Below are positions 1 through 12,743 of a stretch of 64,000 bases of DNA, in pieces. The notes beneath the pieces are model-generated. The model was not told the DNA's origin. It did no database searches and worked only from the letters and a program-made list of their open reading frames with translations. Numbering within the stretch: the first letter of the stretch is position 1; each line of letters begins with the position of its first letter. The DNA is from Octopus sinensis (lineage: Eukaryota): contig NC_043006.1 of assembly GCF_006345805.1 (NCBI RefSeq), positions 78,306,001-78,370,000 on the forward strand. Reading direction: 5' to 3'. The translations under genes were made by a program, and so were the position numbers.

Positions 1-39
1 GTCTAATTACAGAAAAAAAGTGAAAGATCTAGTAGTGAA

Positions 40-325
40 AAAGTCGACCTCAGCAGAATTTGAACTCAGAACGTAACAGTAGACGAAATACCTATTTCTT
101 TACTACCCACAAGGGGCTAAACATAGAGGGGACAAACAAGGATAGACAAAGGGATTAATTCGATTACATCGATCCCAGTGCGTAACTGGTACTTAATTTA
201 TCGACACCCGAAAGGATGAAAGGCAAAGTCGACCTCGGCGGAATTTAAACTCAGAACGTAACGGCAGACGAAATACGGCGAGGCATTTCGCCCGGCGTGC
301 TAACGATTCTGCCAACTCGCCGCTT
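40..325 (-). mobile_element. tRNA-derived SINE family A with a partial second unit
   Basis: Head GGCGAGTTGGCAGAATCGTTAGC (A-box-like) and GAGTT(T/C)AAATT (B-box-like); core GACTTTGCCTTTCATCCTTTCGGG...GTCGATAAATTAAGTACCAG. Confidence 0.85.
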
Positions 326-1849
326 TAGAATCAAACCAATATTACATGTGTGTGTGTATGTGCGTGCGCGTTAGGGGAGTATACCAAAAGCCATATAAAA
401 TATAATGGAAGAAATTCAGTTTTAAGCAAGAAAATACAAGAAAATACAAGACAACATAATTTAAAATGTAGCTGAGTAAAAACAAATGGTATTATATTTG
501 TTATCAAATCCGACAAATTATTAAAGAGATATGTAAATGCACTTATGCAATTACTACACATCTTAGAGTCAGTTTGTGTGGTGTATGTTTGTGTAATTGT
601 GTTTGTACTCGTGTGTGTGTGTTTGTGCTCGTGTGTGTGTGCTTGTGTGTTTGTGTAAAGAAGCAATCAGTAAGTGGTCATTGGGTATATTTCTTTCAAA
701 CCTCATAAGAGGCATTGTATATGAATCTACTTATAATGTAATTATTAATGAATTCTGAATTCGCTGACACACACACATTATATATACAAATGTGTGTGTA
801 TCTGTGTGTGTGTCTGTGTGTGTATCTGTGTGTGTGTATCTGTGTGTGTATGTGTGCGTGTGTGTATCTGTGTGTGTGTGTGTTTGTGTGTGTGTAAAAG
901 AGAAAGAGAGAGCATAAATTAACATGAGACGGATCTTTTGTATAACTGAAATGTATTGTCAGTAGTTGTCGCCCTTTACATGAACAAATTTTAAAATTTC
1001 AAAATTTGACACGGTGATTTTCAAACTGCTCATTTTCTCTTTATTAACAAGAAGTCATAGTAGGGTTCGCCTTCATAGGATTGTTCTTTCTTTTTTTTTT
1101 TCTCTTTGCAACAACTTTTGTTTGTACATATGTGTTTAAAACTATTTTAATTTTATCAAACACGAAAATTTACCAATTTCCAATCATATGTCCCGATATG
1201 AAGCATTGATTTAAGATAATATATTTTAGTGTCTGATTCGATCTGATATTATGTGAAATTTCTACTTCATGCTTTTATATAATTTTAAGGAAAAGTAAAT
1301 GATACTTCTGCTACTTGGTCGTCAATTGTTACGCCTTATCTTTGCGTCCATTCTAGGAACGCAGTCGGAGTGATCTATGGTAACCTGAGAACTACAGCCT
1401 GTCGTTGTTACAGTCTTTGCTGCTATTCTCTATCGACTTCAACTCTGGTTGCTGGAAAGTACATCATAGCACATACCAGCCAGTATTCAGATATTCGATT
1501 AACGGCAAATGAAAAATACTCTGTAATCTACCAAGCAAATCTAATTTACCATGTTCGTCTCTCAGAACTTGACAATAGTCTCAGATGGAGAGGCATTTGT
1601 CTTTATCGAATACATCGTGTTTTGTTTTTCTTGTTGCTAGTCACCTCCCTCGTTGCTAACATTAACAAAGACTGGCATTTTCTTCTTTAAAATTTTGTCT
1701 CATACTACTTACGTATGTAACGGTTCAAAGATTTGTGTTACTAGGTGTATTAGCCTGTGAAAATTTCACTTAATCACTTTGCTGTATATTTTTAAAAGTG
1801 CAAAATTCTATACAGTCCTGTTTGTTTCTTTATTTTTCATCTCTCTTCC

Positions 1850-2140
1850 TCTTTACTCTTTTAATTGTTTCAGTCATTTGACTGTTGCCATGCTGGAGCA
1901 CCTCCACTAGTCGAGCAGATCGATCCCAGGACTTATTATTTGTAAGCCTAGTAGTTATTCTATCGGTCTCTTTGGCCGAACCGCTAAGTTACGGGGACGT
2001 AAGCACACCAGCATCGGTTGTCAAGCGATGTTGGGGAGACAAACAGACACACAAACATATACACACATATATACATATATATATATTATATATACAGTCA
2101 ATAACATATACACACACATACATACATATATATATATATA

Positions 2141-2182
<42 letters not shown>

Positions 2183-2366
2183 TATATATATATATACATA
2201 TATACGACGGCTTCTTTCAGTTTCCGTCTACAAATCCACTCACAAGTCTTTAGTCGGCCCGAGGCTATAGTAGAAGACACTTGCCCAAGGTGCCACGCAG
2301 TGGGACTGAACCCGGAACCATGTGGTTCGTAAGCAAGCTACTTACCACACAGCCACTCGTACGCCT
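1850..2366 (-). mobile_element. tRNA-derived SINE family B (head + internal (TA)n + tail)
   Basis: Head GGAGTGGCTGTGTGGTAAGTAGC...GGTTCAGTCCC...GGGCAAGTGTCTTCTACTATAGC, internal microsatellite, tail ...GGTGCTCCAGCATGGC...GAAACAAGTAAAAGAG. Confidence 0.9.
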
Positions 2367-2451
2367 ATTATCAGAACAACTTTTTTAAACCAAAATTTAA
2401 AGCATTAACTTTATTTGTCGACTATTGTTAAAAACTTAATATACTATATGT

Positions 2452-2607
2452 GCAGGAGTGGCTGTGTGGTAAGTAGCTTGTTTACCAACCACATGGTTCC
2501 GGGTTCAGTCCCACTGCGTGGAACCTTGGGCAAGTGTCTTCTACTATAGCTCGGGCCGAGCAAAGCTTTGTGAGTGGATTTGAGACGGAAACTGAAAGAA
2601 GCCCATC

Positions 2608-2681
<74 letters not shown>

Positions 2682-2840
2682 GTGTGTTGTGTGTGTCTTT
2701 GTTTGTCCCTCCAGCGTCGATGGTGATATGTTTACGTCCCCGTAAAAAGAATAAGTCCCGGGGTTGAGTTTCTCGACTAAAGGCGGTGCTCCAGCATGGC
2801 CGAAGTCAAATGACTGAAACAAGTCAAAGAGTAAAGAGTA
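2452..2840 (+). mobile_element. SINE family B, head-to-head with the previous copy
   Basis: Same head, microsatellite and tail, with an internal deletion in the tail; the two heads are 85 bp apart. Confidence 0.9.
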
Positions 2841-3929
2841 TAACTTCCAGAATTATTTCCTGGTTTACCTTTTCAGGCATTAGAATATTTCTATCTGAAT
2901 ATTATGCTGTATTATTTTATTTTCTGACCATAGCAGCTGTTCCTTTCACTTACGCATATCTTTGAGAGGTAAAATATTAACACTGTTTTATTTAATGATA
3001 TAGGTATTATTAAACTAATTCAAACAGGAGTTAATCAAGTAATAGATATGCTCTTTTCAAATTGGCACCTGACCCAAATACTTGTTTTATCGACTACTAC
3101 ATATTTTATGTTGACACATTTTGCCCAGAGACAATGTAATACAAAAAGACTTTGACAAGCATAAAAAATATCTTATCCACCCACGCGTCAGTTATCCAAT
3201 GGGCTCTGTACAAATTTAATCTACCACATTTTGATCATATGTTTTGAAAACCAGAGAAACGCTTGCACACGTCTCTGGGAAAAGAAGACTTTTGCCTAAA
3301 TTTCATTCGTAGCTATACGCGTTAATCAAAGATCGTAGTCAAACTGCCATGCTTGCAGCTCTAAAATTTTAAACTGAAATCTTTTAGTCGATAGCATTTG
3401 GCTTAATGCAAGTTTCCCAAATGTAGAGAGTACAAATGATACCATCTAATTCCCTGTGTTTTGAATATCTTTAGAAATAAGAACAACAGTGTGATGGCGT
3501 GTTTTGTAGAAAAAGAATTTTAAAACAAAACGTCCATTTCTTCGTATTATTTCACGCTTCACTAAATTTATTCAGCAGCCGACCTATCGAAAGGAGTTAA
3601 TTACTAGGAAGTAATCCACGTCCGCTTCTTCGAACGATAAGCAATTCTAAATTGTAAACAATCTAATTTCATTCAGTAGTGTGCGGTGCTAAATATTATA
3701 TAAATACAGCACAGCTCCTTTAAGCTCAGAGTACCCGTCTGCCTTGGGGCAATCTAGCTATGATAGTATAAATTATATAAGATTAGAAAGCAAGCGTGGG
3801 AGTACTTTACTTGGGTTAAATGACACAGATAAACAATCTTTCTTGCGATAATCCAGAACTTTTCACCTTCTTGCTCCTCTTTCCACTTTTGTTTTCTTGC
3901 GCCCTCTGCGAAAGTGTGAGCACACATAT

Positions 3930-4338
3930 ACTCTTTACTCTCTTTTACTTGTTTCAGTCATTTGACTGCGGCCATGCTGGAGCACCGCCTTTAGTCGAGC
4001 AAATCGACCCCAGGACTTATTCTTTGTAAGGCCAGTACTTATTCTATCGGTCTCTTTTGTCGAACCGCTAGTTGACGGGGACGTAAACACACCAGCATCG
4101 GTTGTCAAGCAATGATAGTGGGACAAACACAGACACACAAACACACACATACATATATATATATACATATATGCGACGGGCTTCTTTCAGTTTCCGTCTA
4201 CCAAATCCACTCACAAGGCATTGGTCGGCCCGGGGCTATAGCAGAAGACACTTGCCCAAGATGCCACGCAGTGGGACTGAACCCGGAACCATGTGGTTGG
4301 TTAGTAAGCTACTTACCACACAGCCACTCCTGCGCCTA
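3930..4338 (-). mobile_element. SINE family B
   Basis: Full head, microsatellite and tail. Partial or decayed copies also at about 21770-21915, 24120-24265, 50570-50970 and 59235-59378. Confidence 0.9.
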
Positions 4339-5059
4339 CATAGAATTGTAGCATTTTTTTCAAATCCATAATACGCATTTTACACCGAACTTTATAGGCA
4401 TAGAAATAGAGGAGAGACAGGGTAAATGGCACCGAGCGAAGGAATGAAGTGTCTCGAAATATCCCCTGGCCTATGATTTAAAGAGGAGATGGCAAGAGTG
4501 TTTTGCTCTCGAGTACTGGAATCCCTTACTACGTCACAGCTAAACTTAATAGAATAATGAAAGGGTTTGTAAACACGCCACATGTCAATGCTCAAGTATG
4601 ACAACCTTATTTAATATAGTATCATTCTCTTCCCAACACAAACGCGAGCGCGCACGCAAGCACACAGAAAGACAAGGACACACAAAACAACAGCAATTGT
4701 AAAAAAGTGTAAAGTCAATGCATCATATCCGTATCGTATCGCGTTGCATGATCAAGGCACTTAATTGTCAAAGACATCTACTTGAATAAAGGCGTCACCA
4801 TATTCACAAAAGCAAACAATAAAACTGAAGAACGTTAGGAAATGCAACTGAGACTCATATATTCATAAAACTTACTCGTGGTGTCATTGAATTACATCAA
4901 TGTACGATCGAGAACTACGAAAGAGATAAGAATATTAAAAGTGATATATGTCTGGGTTACGCGTTAAGGATGAGCCAGAATTGATAACGAACCCTTCTTT
5001 CTGAGACACAGAAACGTTAGTCTCGTTTCCTCTTTTGTGAGTTAAAAATCATTCTGCAG

Positions 5060-5337
5060 TCACTGACTGGAGATTTGAAGGCCAGTCATACCACAGACTT
5101 GTTCAAAAGTCGCAAACAGTCATAAATATGACAGAAAGATCGCTTTATGCTCATATGGTGACTGATGCGTAAGTATAAGGCGCCAATAATTGTTAGAGGC
5201 CATGATGTTTGGAGAGTCAGGCGACAATAGATATCATGTATCACTTCTCAGCTTCTCAGTAAAAAAAATTAAACATTAAGCTTTTGTCATATTGCAGATT
5301 TCTAGGACAACGTGATAGAAATCTAGCAAACCATTAG
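5060..5337 (+). CDS. Possible two terminal exons of an unidentified plus-strand gene (5060-5168; 5298-5337)
   Basis: cattctgcag|...GC|GTAAGT gives a 109-nt exon open in only one phase: TDWRFEGQSYHRLVQKSQTVINMTERSLYAHMVTD. Next acceptor catattgcag gives (A)FLGQRDRNLANH*. No family recognised. Confidence 0.3.
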
Positions 5338-5693
5338 TTCCTCTATGATGAGCGATCTTATAATTTTACTGTGCATAAGCAACGTAACGTTATATCGACA
5401 GAAACATTATACTTAACAGGAAGAAGTATGGTATTTTTGTAGATTTATTGAGGTGCTTTGGTGCCTACTAGCAGAAGCATTTTACACACAAAGAAACATT
5501 ATATATATATATATATATATATAGTTCAATTTGAAAACTCCATCAGAAAGGACGACAGCGCTAATATATGATATATGATGTATAAAAACATGTAATATAC
5601 GAATAAATATCTGTGAATATAAAACCATCCGAATTCCTGAGTGCCTCATTTCTTCTAATATAAAATACCTGTACATCATCTCCAAACGTTCTA

Positions 5694-5777
<84 letters not shown>

Positions 5778-6356
5778 TGTGTGTGTGTGTGTGTACGCAT
5801 GTAAGTTTACCTGTTTCATTGTTTCTCGGATTTGGTGATGGAATTATCACACTGTTATAAGTGCTGAGTGGGTCCTTGCTTCGTGCAGATTCCACCGAAT
5901 GTCGAATGCTTTTTCGTTTCTTCCAGAAACTGGAAATAGCTGGTATTTTTCCGCGTCCAAGCTTAGTTTGATATTTATCGTACCATTTATTGCTGCAACA
6001 TTAACATTTGAAAATAAGAAACAGAAATTCATATTTAATAAAATAAAATATCAATCACATGTTACATTAAAGGTTTCACATCTTCAAATATACGATCACA
6101 CACACACACACAATTATAAAGAGACATACACTCACGCTCAAACATACAAGCACAACTAAACAGATTTTTCCTCTGATGATATGATACTTGAAACAATATG
6201 AACAATTTGTAAACGTAACATTATATACCAAATAAACCTACACTCCCTTTAGTAACACTTTACCTGACTGGACTTCTTGGATCGTATACACACATACATA
6301 CATAATATATATATATATACATATATATTGCTGCATTACATACAAGCACATATATG

Positions 6357-6630
6357 TCAGGTCATCCCATAAGTTCTGTTTAAAATTGAATAAAATTTAA
6401 TAGTATTTTAGAATGTCTAATGGAATTACAAATTATTTTTATGCACTTGAGTATATTTAAACTAATTAAATATTATTTTACAGAATAATAGAATTAAATT
6501 TTCTTTGATTAAAACCCTTTCTAACATGGAAGTATCCAAAGAACATTTAAGGCACTTAAAGCTCTATGAGTACAAAAAAGGAAACTCTGCAGTCTGGAGA
6601 TTGAATATCTGTCAAAGTTATACACACAGA
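6357..6630 (+). mobile_element. Mariner-type transposon 5' fragment
   Basis: TIR-like CAGGTCATCCCATAAGTT; ATG at 6526 gives MEVSKEHLRHLKLYEYKKGNSA, resembling the mariner transposase N-terminus. Confidence 0.6.
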
Positions 6631-7276
6631 AAAAATTAATATATTCTATGCTATTAAGGCAGAATCTTAAACATCAGACAAAATTCATTGCACCATATGC
6701 TTGCGTCATTATACATTTTAGTTAAAACCATAACGAGTTCAAATTTGCCTTTCATCACACTGGTGTCGATAAAATAAAGTAACCGTCAAGTGTTGGGTTT
6801 GATTTAATCAATTAACTACCTTCCGTAAACTTCTCACCTTGTGTCTATGCTAGAAAACCATGTTAAATAGTTACTTCTTTAGTTTAGAAGTTGCTTATAC
6901 GTCACGCTTGATAATTTCAGCTAGGTGGATTGGAAAATTTCAGATTTAAATATCTTTGCCATGGATATCATAAAATAGCTATCAAAAGAGAGAATGGCAG
7001 CTCTATCTGACAAACATGACAGCCAAATCTTCCTCACATAACGCAATGTCATCTTTAAAAAAGGAAGCCATATTTTGTTTTTATTTGCAAAAACAAAAAA
7101 ATTGATGTACTATCGAGATCTCAACCGCATAAATAAACTATAGTTTTTAAAGAGAGACTCCAAATTAATCACCAGATGTTATTGACAGGAAAATAGCTAA
7201 AGCAAATACAAGGAGCTTTTACATTCGATAGAAAATAGCTAAAGCAAATACAAGGAGCTTTTACATATCAATAGAA

Positions 7277-7915
7277 ATGGTTACGAATTTTGACACAAGC
7301 CCAGCAATTTCAAGGAAGATGAAAGGCAAAATAAACCTTGATGGAATTTGAACTAATGTGTAAGGACGGACGGAATGCCGCTAAGCAATTTGCGCGACGT
7401 GGCAGCGATTCTGCCAGCTCACCGCCTTAAATATTCAAAAAGGTATTTACTGCAGTGCCCTAACGTTTTTGGTATTACGCCGAACTGCTGTTATCAATAG
7501 TGGGTTGAAATTTTGATACAAGACCATGATTTGTTTAGCTGATAATATCGATATCAGTATTTGTCTGGTATTTTAATTTTATCGATCCAGAAGTTTGAAA
7601 GGTAAAGCTCTCCTCGACAAAATTTGAAGTCAGAACATAAAGAAATACTGCAAGGCCTTTTGTTCGACGCCCTAACCATTCTGTCAGCCCGCAGTTTTTA
7701 TCGATTTTAATAACAGCTTCTGACATACGCAGCATACCATACACTTTTCAGCGTGGATGGTACTACTAATATAATCACCCTCAGAACATGTCTTATATTT
7801 GCTGTCATCGAAATGGCCGACAGAAAAAATTGACCCTTGTGGGATGATTTGAACTCTAGCAATAAGATGAGGCCTGCTAAAAATGCATATTGTTCAGCGT
7901 GCTACCGATTCTTCC
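7277..7915 (-). mobile_element. Cluster of three decayed SINE family A copies
   Basis: Recurrent GGAATTTGAAC / CGATTCTGCCAGCTCACCGCCTT-like segments. Further decayed copies at about 6740-6860, 14934-15145, 22900-23085, 24870-25080, 48610-48781 and 49140-49345. Confidence 0.6.
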
Positions 7916-8298
7916 TTATCGATTTCTAAAGTTAAAAAGCCAGCTGCGATCTAAGCGAGACTGGAATTCATTGACGTATTCTGAAGAAGGTTTCTTCGAT
8001 AATATATCGACAATATGATATAAACTTACCAGGTGATACCGATAACGATAATTATCATAAGTAGTATAAACATTAGAACGGCCATAGCTGAAGCCACAGC
8101 AAGTTTTATCGTCAACGAAGCTTCGGCACTCACTACATCTGTAAAGAGAAAAATAAATCATAGCATTAATTACAAGAATATATACAATTTTGCGTTCTGG
8201 AGATGAACGTAGAAATTTAGGTGAATTTAACAATACAGTGAAGAAAATATACAATTAAAGATATTTTAGATGATATACACAGTATTAATTTTCACGTA

Positions 8299-8550
8299 GA
8301 GGCGCTTGGCTTAGTGGTTCGGGTGTCAGCATCATGATCGTAAGATTGTGGTTTCGATTCCTGGACCGGGCGACGCGTTGTGTTCTTGAGCAAAGCACCT
8401 CATTTCACGTTGCTCCAGTCTACTCAGCTGGCAAAAATGAGTAACGCTATGATGGACTGGCGTCCTATCCAGCTGGGGAACACATACGCCATAGAAACCG
8501 GGAAACCGGACCAATGAGCCTGGCTAGGCTTTAAAAAGGCGCATAAAAAA
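8299..8550 (+). mobile_element. tRNA-derived SINE family C
   Basis: GAGGCGCTTGGCTTAGTGGTT...GGTTTCGATTCC head; CTTGAGCAAA-CAC...CATTTCACGTTGCTCCAG body; GATGGACTGGCGTCC...GAAACCGGG tail. Confidence 0.85.
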
Positions 8551-9679
8551 ATTAATTAATTATCACACCTCCGTCTGCCGATGACAAACAGGATGCATGG
8601 CAATGGTCTCTTGATGAATGAGTTTTTTCGGCCGTTGCTATTTCATTTTTGTTGTTGTGTGTTTTTAATTACGCATTAGCAATAGAAAGACAGTCAGCAT
8701 AGAATATGTAGCGCCTCCAAGATTTGTGCAGGGATGAAATTTTCAGAGAAGAGACATAACAATATAAGACATTGCGATATTTGCAATAGTGCCGCCTATT
8801 CCAAAGGAATATGTGCAGGTCTTTAGGCAGATAATGGCCTAAGTCTACCATCCCAAAATAGGAATCGGATATGACCAACAAGCTAACACAGGGCTATAGT
8901 AAATGTCTAGAACCCCGGGTTGACCAAAGGTGCCGTGCAATAAGAGCCATACCAACAATCCAATACACCTCCATCATCAGCAGTCCCGCGGATATCACTA
9001 TGGTTTCGATACCAGGGCAGAACCATTGAATCCGGCGGTGTCAACACCACTAAAATAAGTGATGTTTGGAAACAAACATACCTTAGATATATATATATGT
9101 ATGCATAACTTATCATTCCATGAAGTCTACCATTTCTTTTGAAATGAGAAAGTGTGATTTGCGGAGAGAACTGGCTACCTTTTCTTGTAGCCAGGTCTCC
9201 TCAAGCTTGTACGTGTTCGTGGAGCACGTACAATCTTCCAACATTTGTTTGTGAATATATCAAAGTTGCCGTGATTTACTGGTATCTTAAAGCTATATGT
9301 TCTTCCTGAATGTGACTCAATATTGGCCCAATTGAGATTTGTATTAGTTTCCTGCTGAGCCAGCCTTGCACAGTAGCCTTGAGATGGATAAGCTCAAACC
9401 AAGCTGGCAATTGCTTCGAAACTTACATAAAGAACATATATACACTGCTGACACGTCAACAACACATAAAGAGCGACAAGAAAGTTTTATTCCAGTATTC
9501 TGTTTAATGCAACACTGTCATATCAGCCATTAAACGAGAGGTCAAGGCCTCCTCTTTTGTAGTCTTCAGTTGTCTGAGTTTCATTAGAAGCACAAGTATT
9601 AGTTGCTTGAGAAAATTCGAAGGAAGAAAAGATTAACATTCTCACAGTTTTATGGAGTTGTGTGAGTTTTTCTGTTTTA

Positions 9680-10725
<1,046 letters not shown>

Positions 10726-10865
10726 TCGCGCAGGCATTGCGTGACTAATAACCTGATTTAGAACCAGTATACGTAAGTTTGAGAACAAACAGTCAGGCGG
10801 GTCTAGAGCGATAATAAGAATGAGAGATGACAAATAATAAATGATTAACTTATGAACTTCAGTAG

Positions 10866-11030
10866 CTTACGGCTGTTTCTGCTATAAGTTGCTGTGGGCA
10901 CATAGGTGAGTGCCTGAATAACACGTTAGAAATTGCATTTCGTATTCAGAGCTCCGAAAAAGCTATAAGATGTTATTCAGGCACTCAACTATGAGTTCAC
11001 TGCATCTTTTACCAGAAACAGCTGTAAGGT
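10866..11030. repeat. ~165-bp decayed fold-back element
   Basis: CTTACGGCTGTTTCTG/CAGAAACAGCTGTAAG and CATAGGTGAGTGCCTGAATAACA/TGTTATTCAGGCACTCAACTATG pair. Confidence 0.8.
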
Positions 11031-11063
11031 AATTTATTCCTCTTTCACATCTCTTACCGTACA

Positions 11064-11101
<38 letters not shown>

Positions 11102-11112
11102 CTATATATATA

Positions 11113-11168
<56 letters not shown>

Positions 11169-11216
11169 ATCATTATTTCCAATTCTCTCTAAAGGAGACT
11201 ACGGTAGCTGTACTGG

Positions 11217-11595
11217 ATATTAATAGTTATCGCCAAGCTAACATGGCAGGCCAGAAAAATAAGACGAATGTTGCCGTTGATTAGCTCCAAGACTCTATCG
11301 CCTCTAGCTAGCTATGTGACACACAAACCTGTGTCCATTATAACCTTCGAACATGGAAGGTCAGCTGCTTCCCCTTGCTGGTCTGGCATCCACAGACTAG
11401 TTTCGAGGTGGTTGGAAGGAGTAGCTGCTGATCACCAAGGGGAAGCTTCTGACCTCCCCTGTTCGAAGGTTATAATGGACACAGATTTGTGTGTCACATA
11501 GCTATCTAGAGGCGACGGCCTCTTGGAGCTAATCAACGGCAACATTCGTCCTATTTTTCTGGACTGCCATATTAGCTTGGTGATAACAATTAATA

Positions 11596-11596
<1 letters not shown>
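11217..11596. repeat. ~380-bp fold-back element (arms about 165 bp) abutting (TA)n
   Basis: GAATGTTGCCGTTGATTAGCTCCAAGA and ATGTGACACACAAACCTGTGTCCATTATAACCTTCGAAC are mirrored in the right arm; the ~45-bp spacer contains GACTAGTTTCG. Confidence 0.9.
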
Positions 11597-11674
<78 letters not shown>

Positions 11675-12356
11675 CTATATATATAAGCTGATATTCTGCA
11701 ATGGAAGGTTGGTCAAGGCAAAATATAAGAACTTAAGTTATTCGGACTCTGGTCTAGAGAATGTTTCGTAGTCAGTATTTCTTGCAAAACGTAAAAGAGC
11801 AACACTTCCGTTACAAAATTTGTCCCTACAAACCCTATAGTTCAGAGAGGTAACGAATACAGAACTAAATGTGTTTGTTCTAATTTTAAATTTGTGGTTA
11901 AATATCGAATAACGATGACACCACATGGAGGTCAGGACACGTTCGATTTTTGTGGCGAGCTTTGTAAAGTAAGTTTCGATATACTCTCCAAACTTAAATT
12001 GCGATCTTATTTCAGAATCTAGTAGAATACAACACTGTCGCACAGGTGTAATCGAAACTAATAACTGTCTACCTACGCTGATAATAGCAAACAAATTTAT
12101 CTAAGTCACAGAACATTAAAACTAACAATCAATGGTAATTAGTTCGATGCTCAAAAATATCTACTAACTTGCTGTGGCCTGTTATTAGGGAAGAATTAAA
12201 TAATACACGAAATACAGTGACGTTTTCTGTATATCATTAAAGACAGAACCGATTTCCGCTCCTATCAGAGTGTAATTAACATAGCATTGTGGGCTATATA
12301 TCTTGAAGAAAAAAATACTTACATTCATACACAATATATGTGTATGTATATATATA

Positions 12357-12388
<32 letters not shown>

Positions 12389-12437
12389 TAAATATTCACA
12401 TATATCTATATATATATGTGTGTGTGTAGGTATATAT

Positions 12438-12488
<51 letters not shown>

Positions 12489-12492
12489 GTAT

Positions 12493-12534
<42 letters not shown>

Positions 12535-12709
12535 GCATGTATATATACATACATACATACACACATATATATACATATATATATATACACATGTGTACAC
12601 ACATACGCACACACTCACATATATACATGCATACACACACATATATATAGAGAGAGAAAGTGCAAGATAGAGAAAGATTGTGTGTGTGTGTGTTGGCGCG
12701 CACGCGCGC

Positions 12710-12743
<34 letters not shown>

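Noticed and set aside
8299-8400. tRNA-like A/B boxes (also in SINE A, B and D heads)
   Set aside because: They continue into repeated SINE bodies and I could not fold a complete cloverleaf, so they are not tRNA genes.
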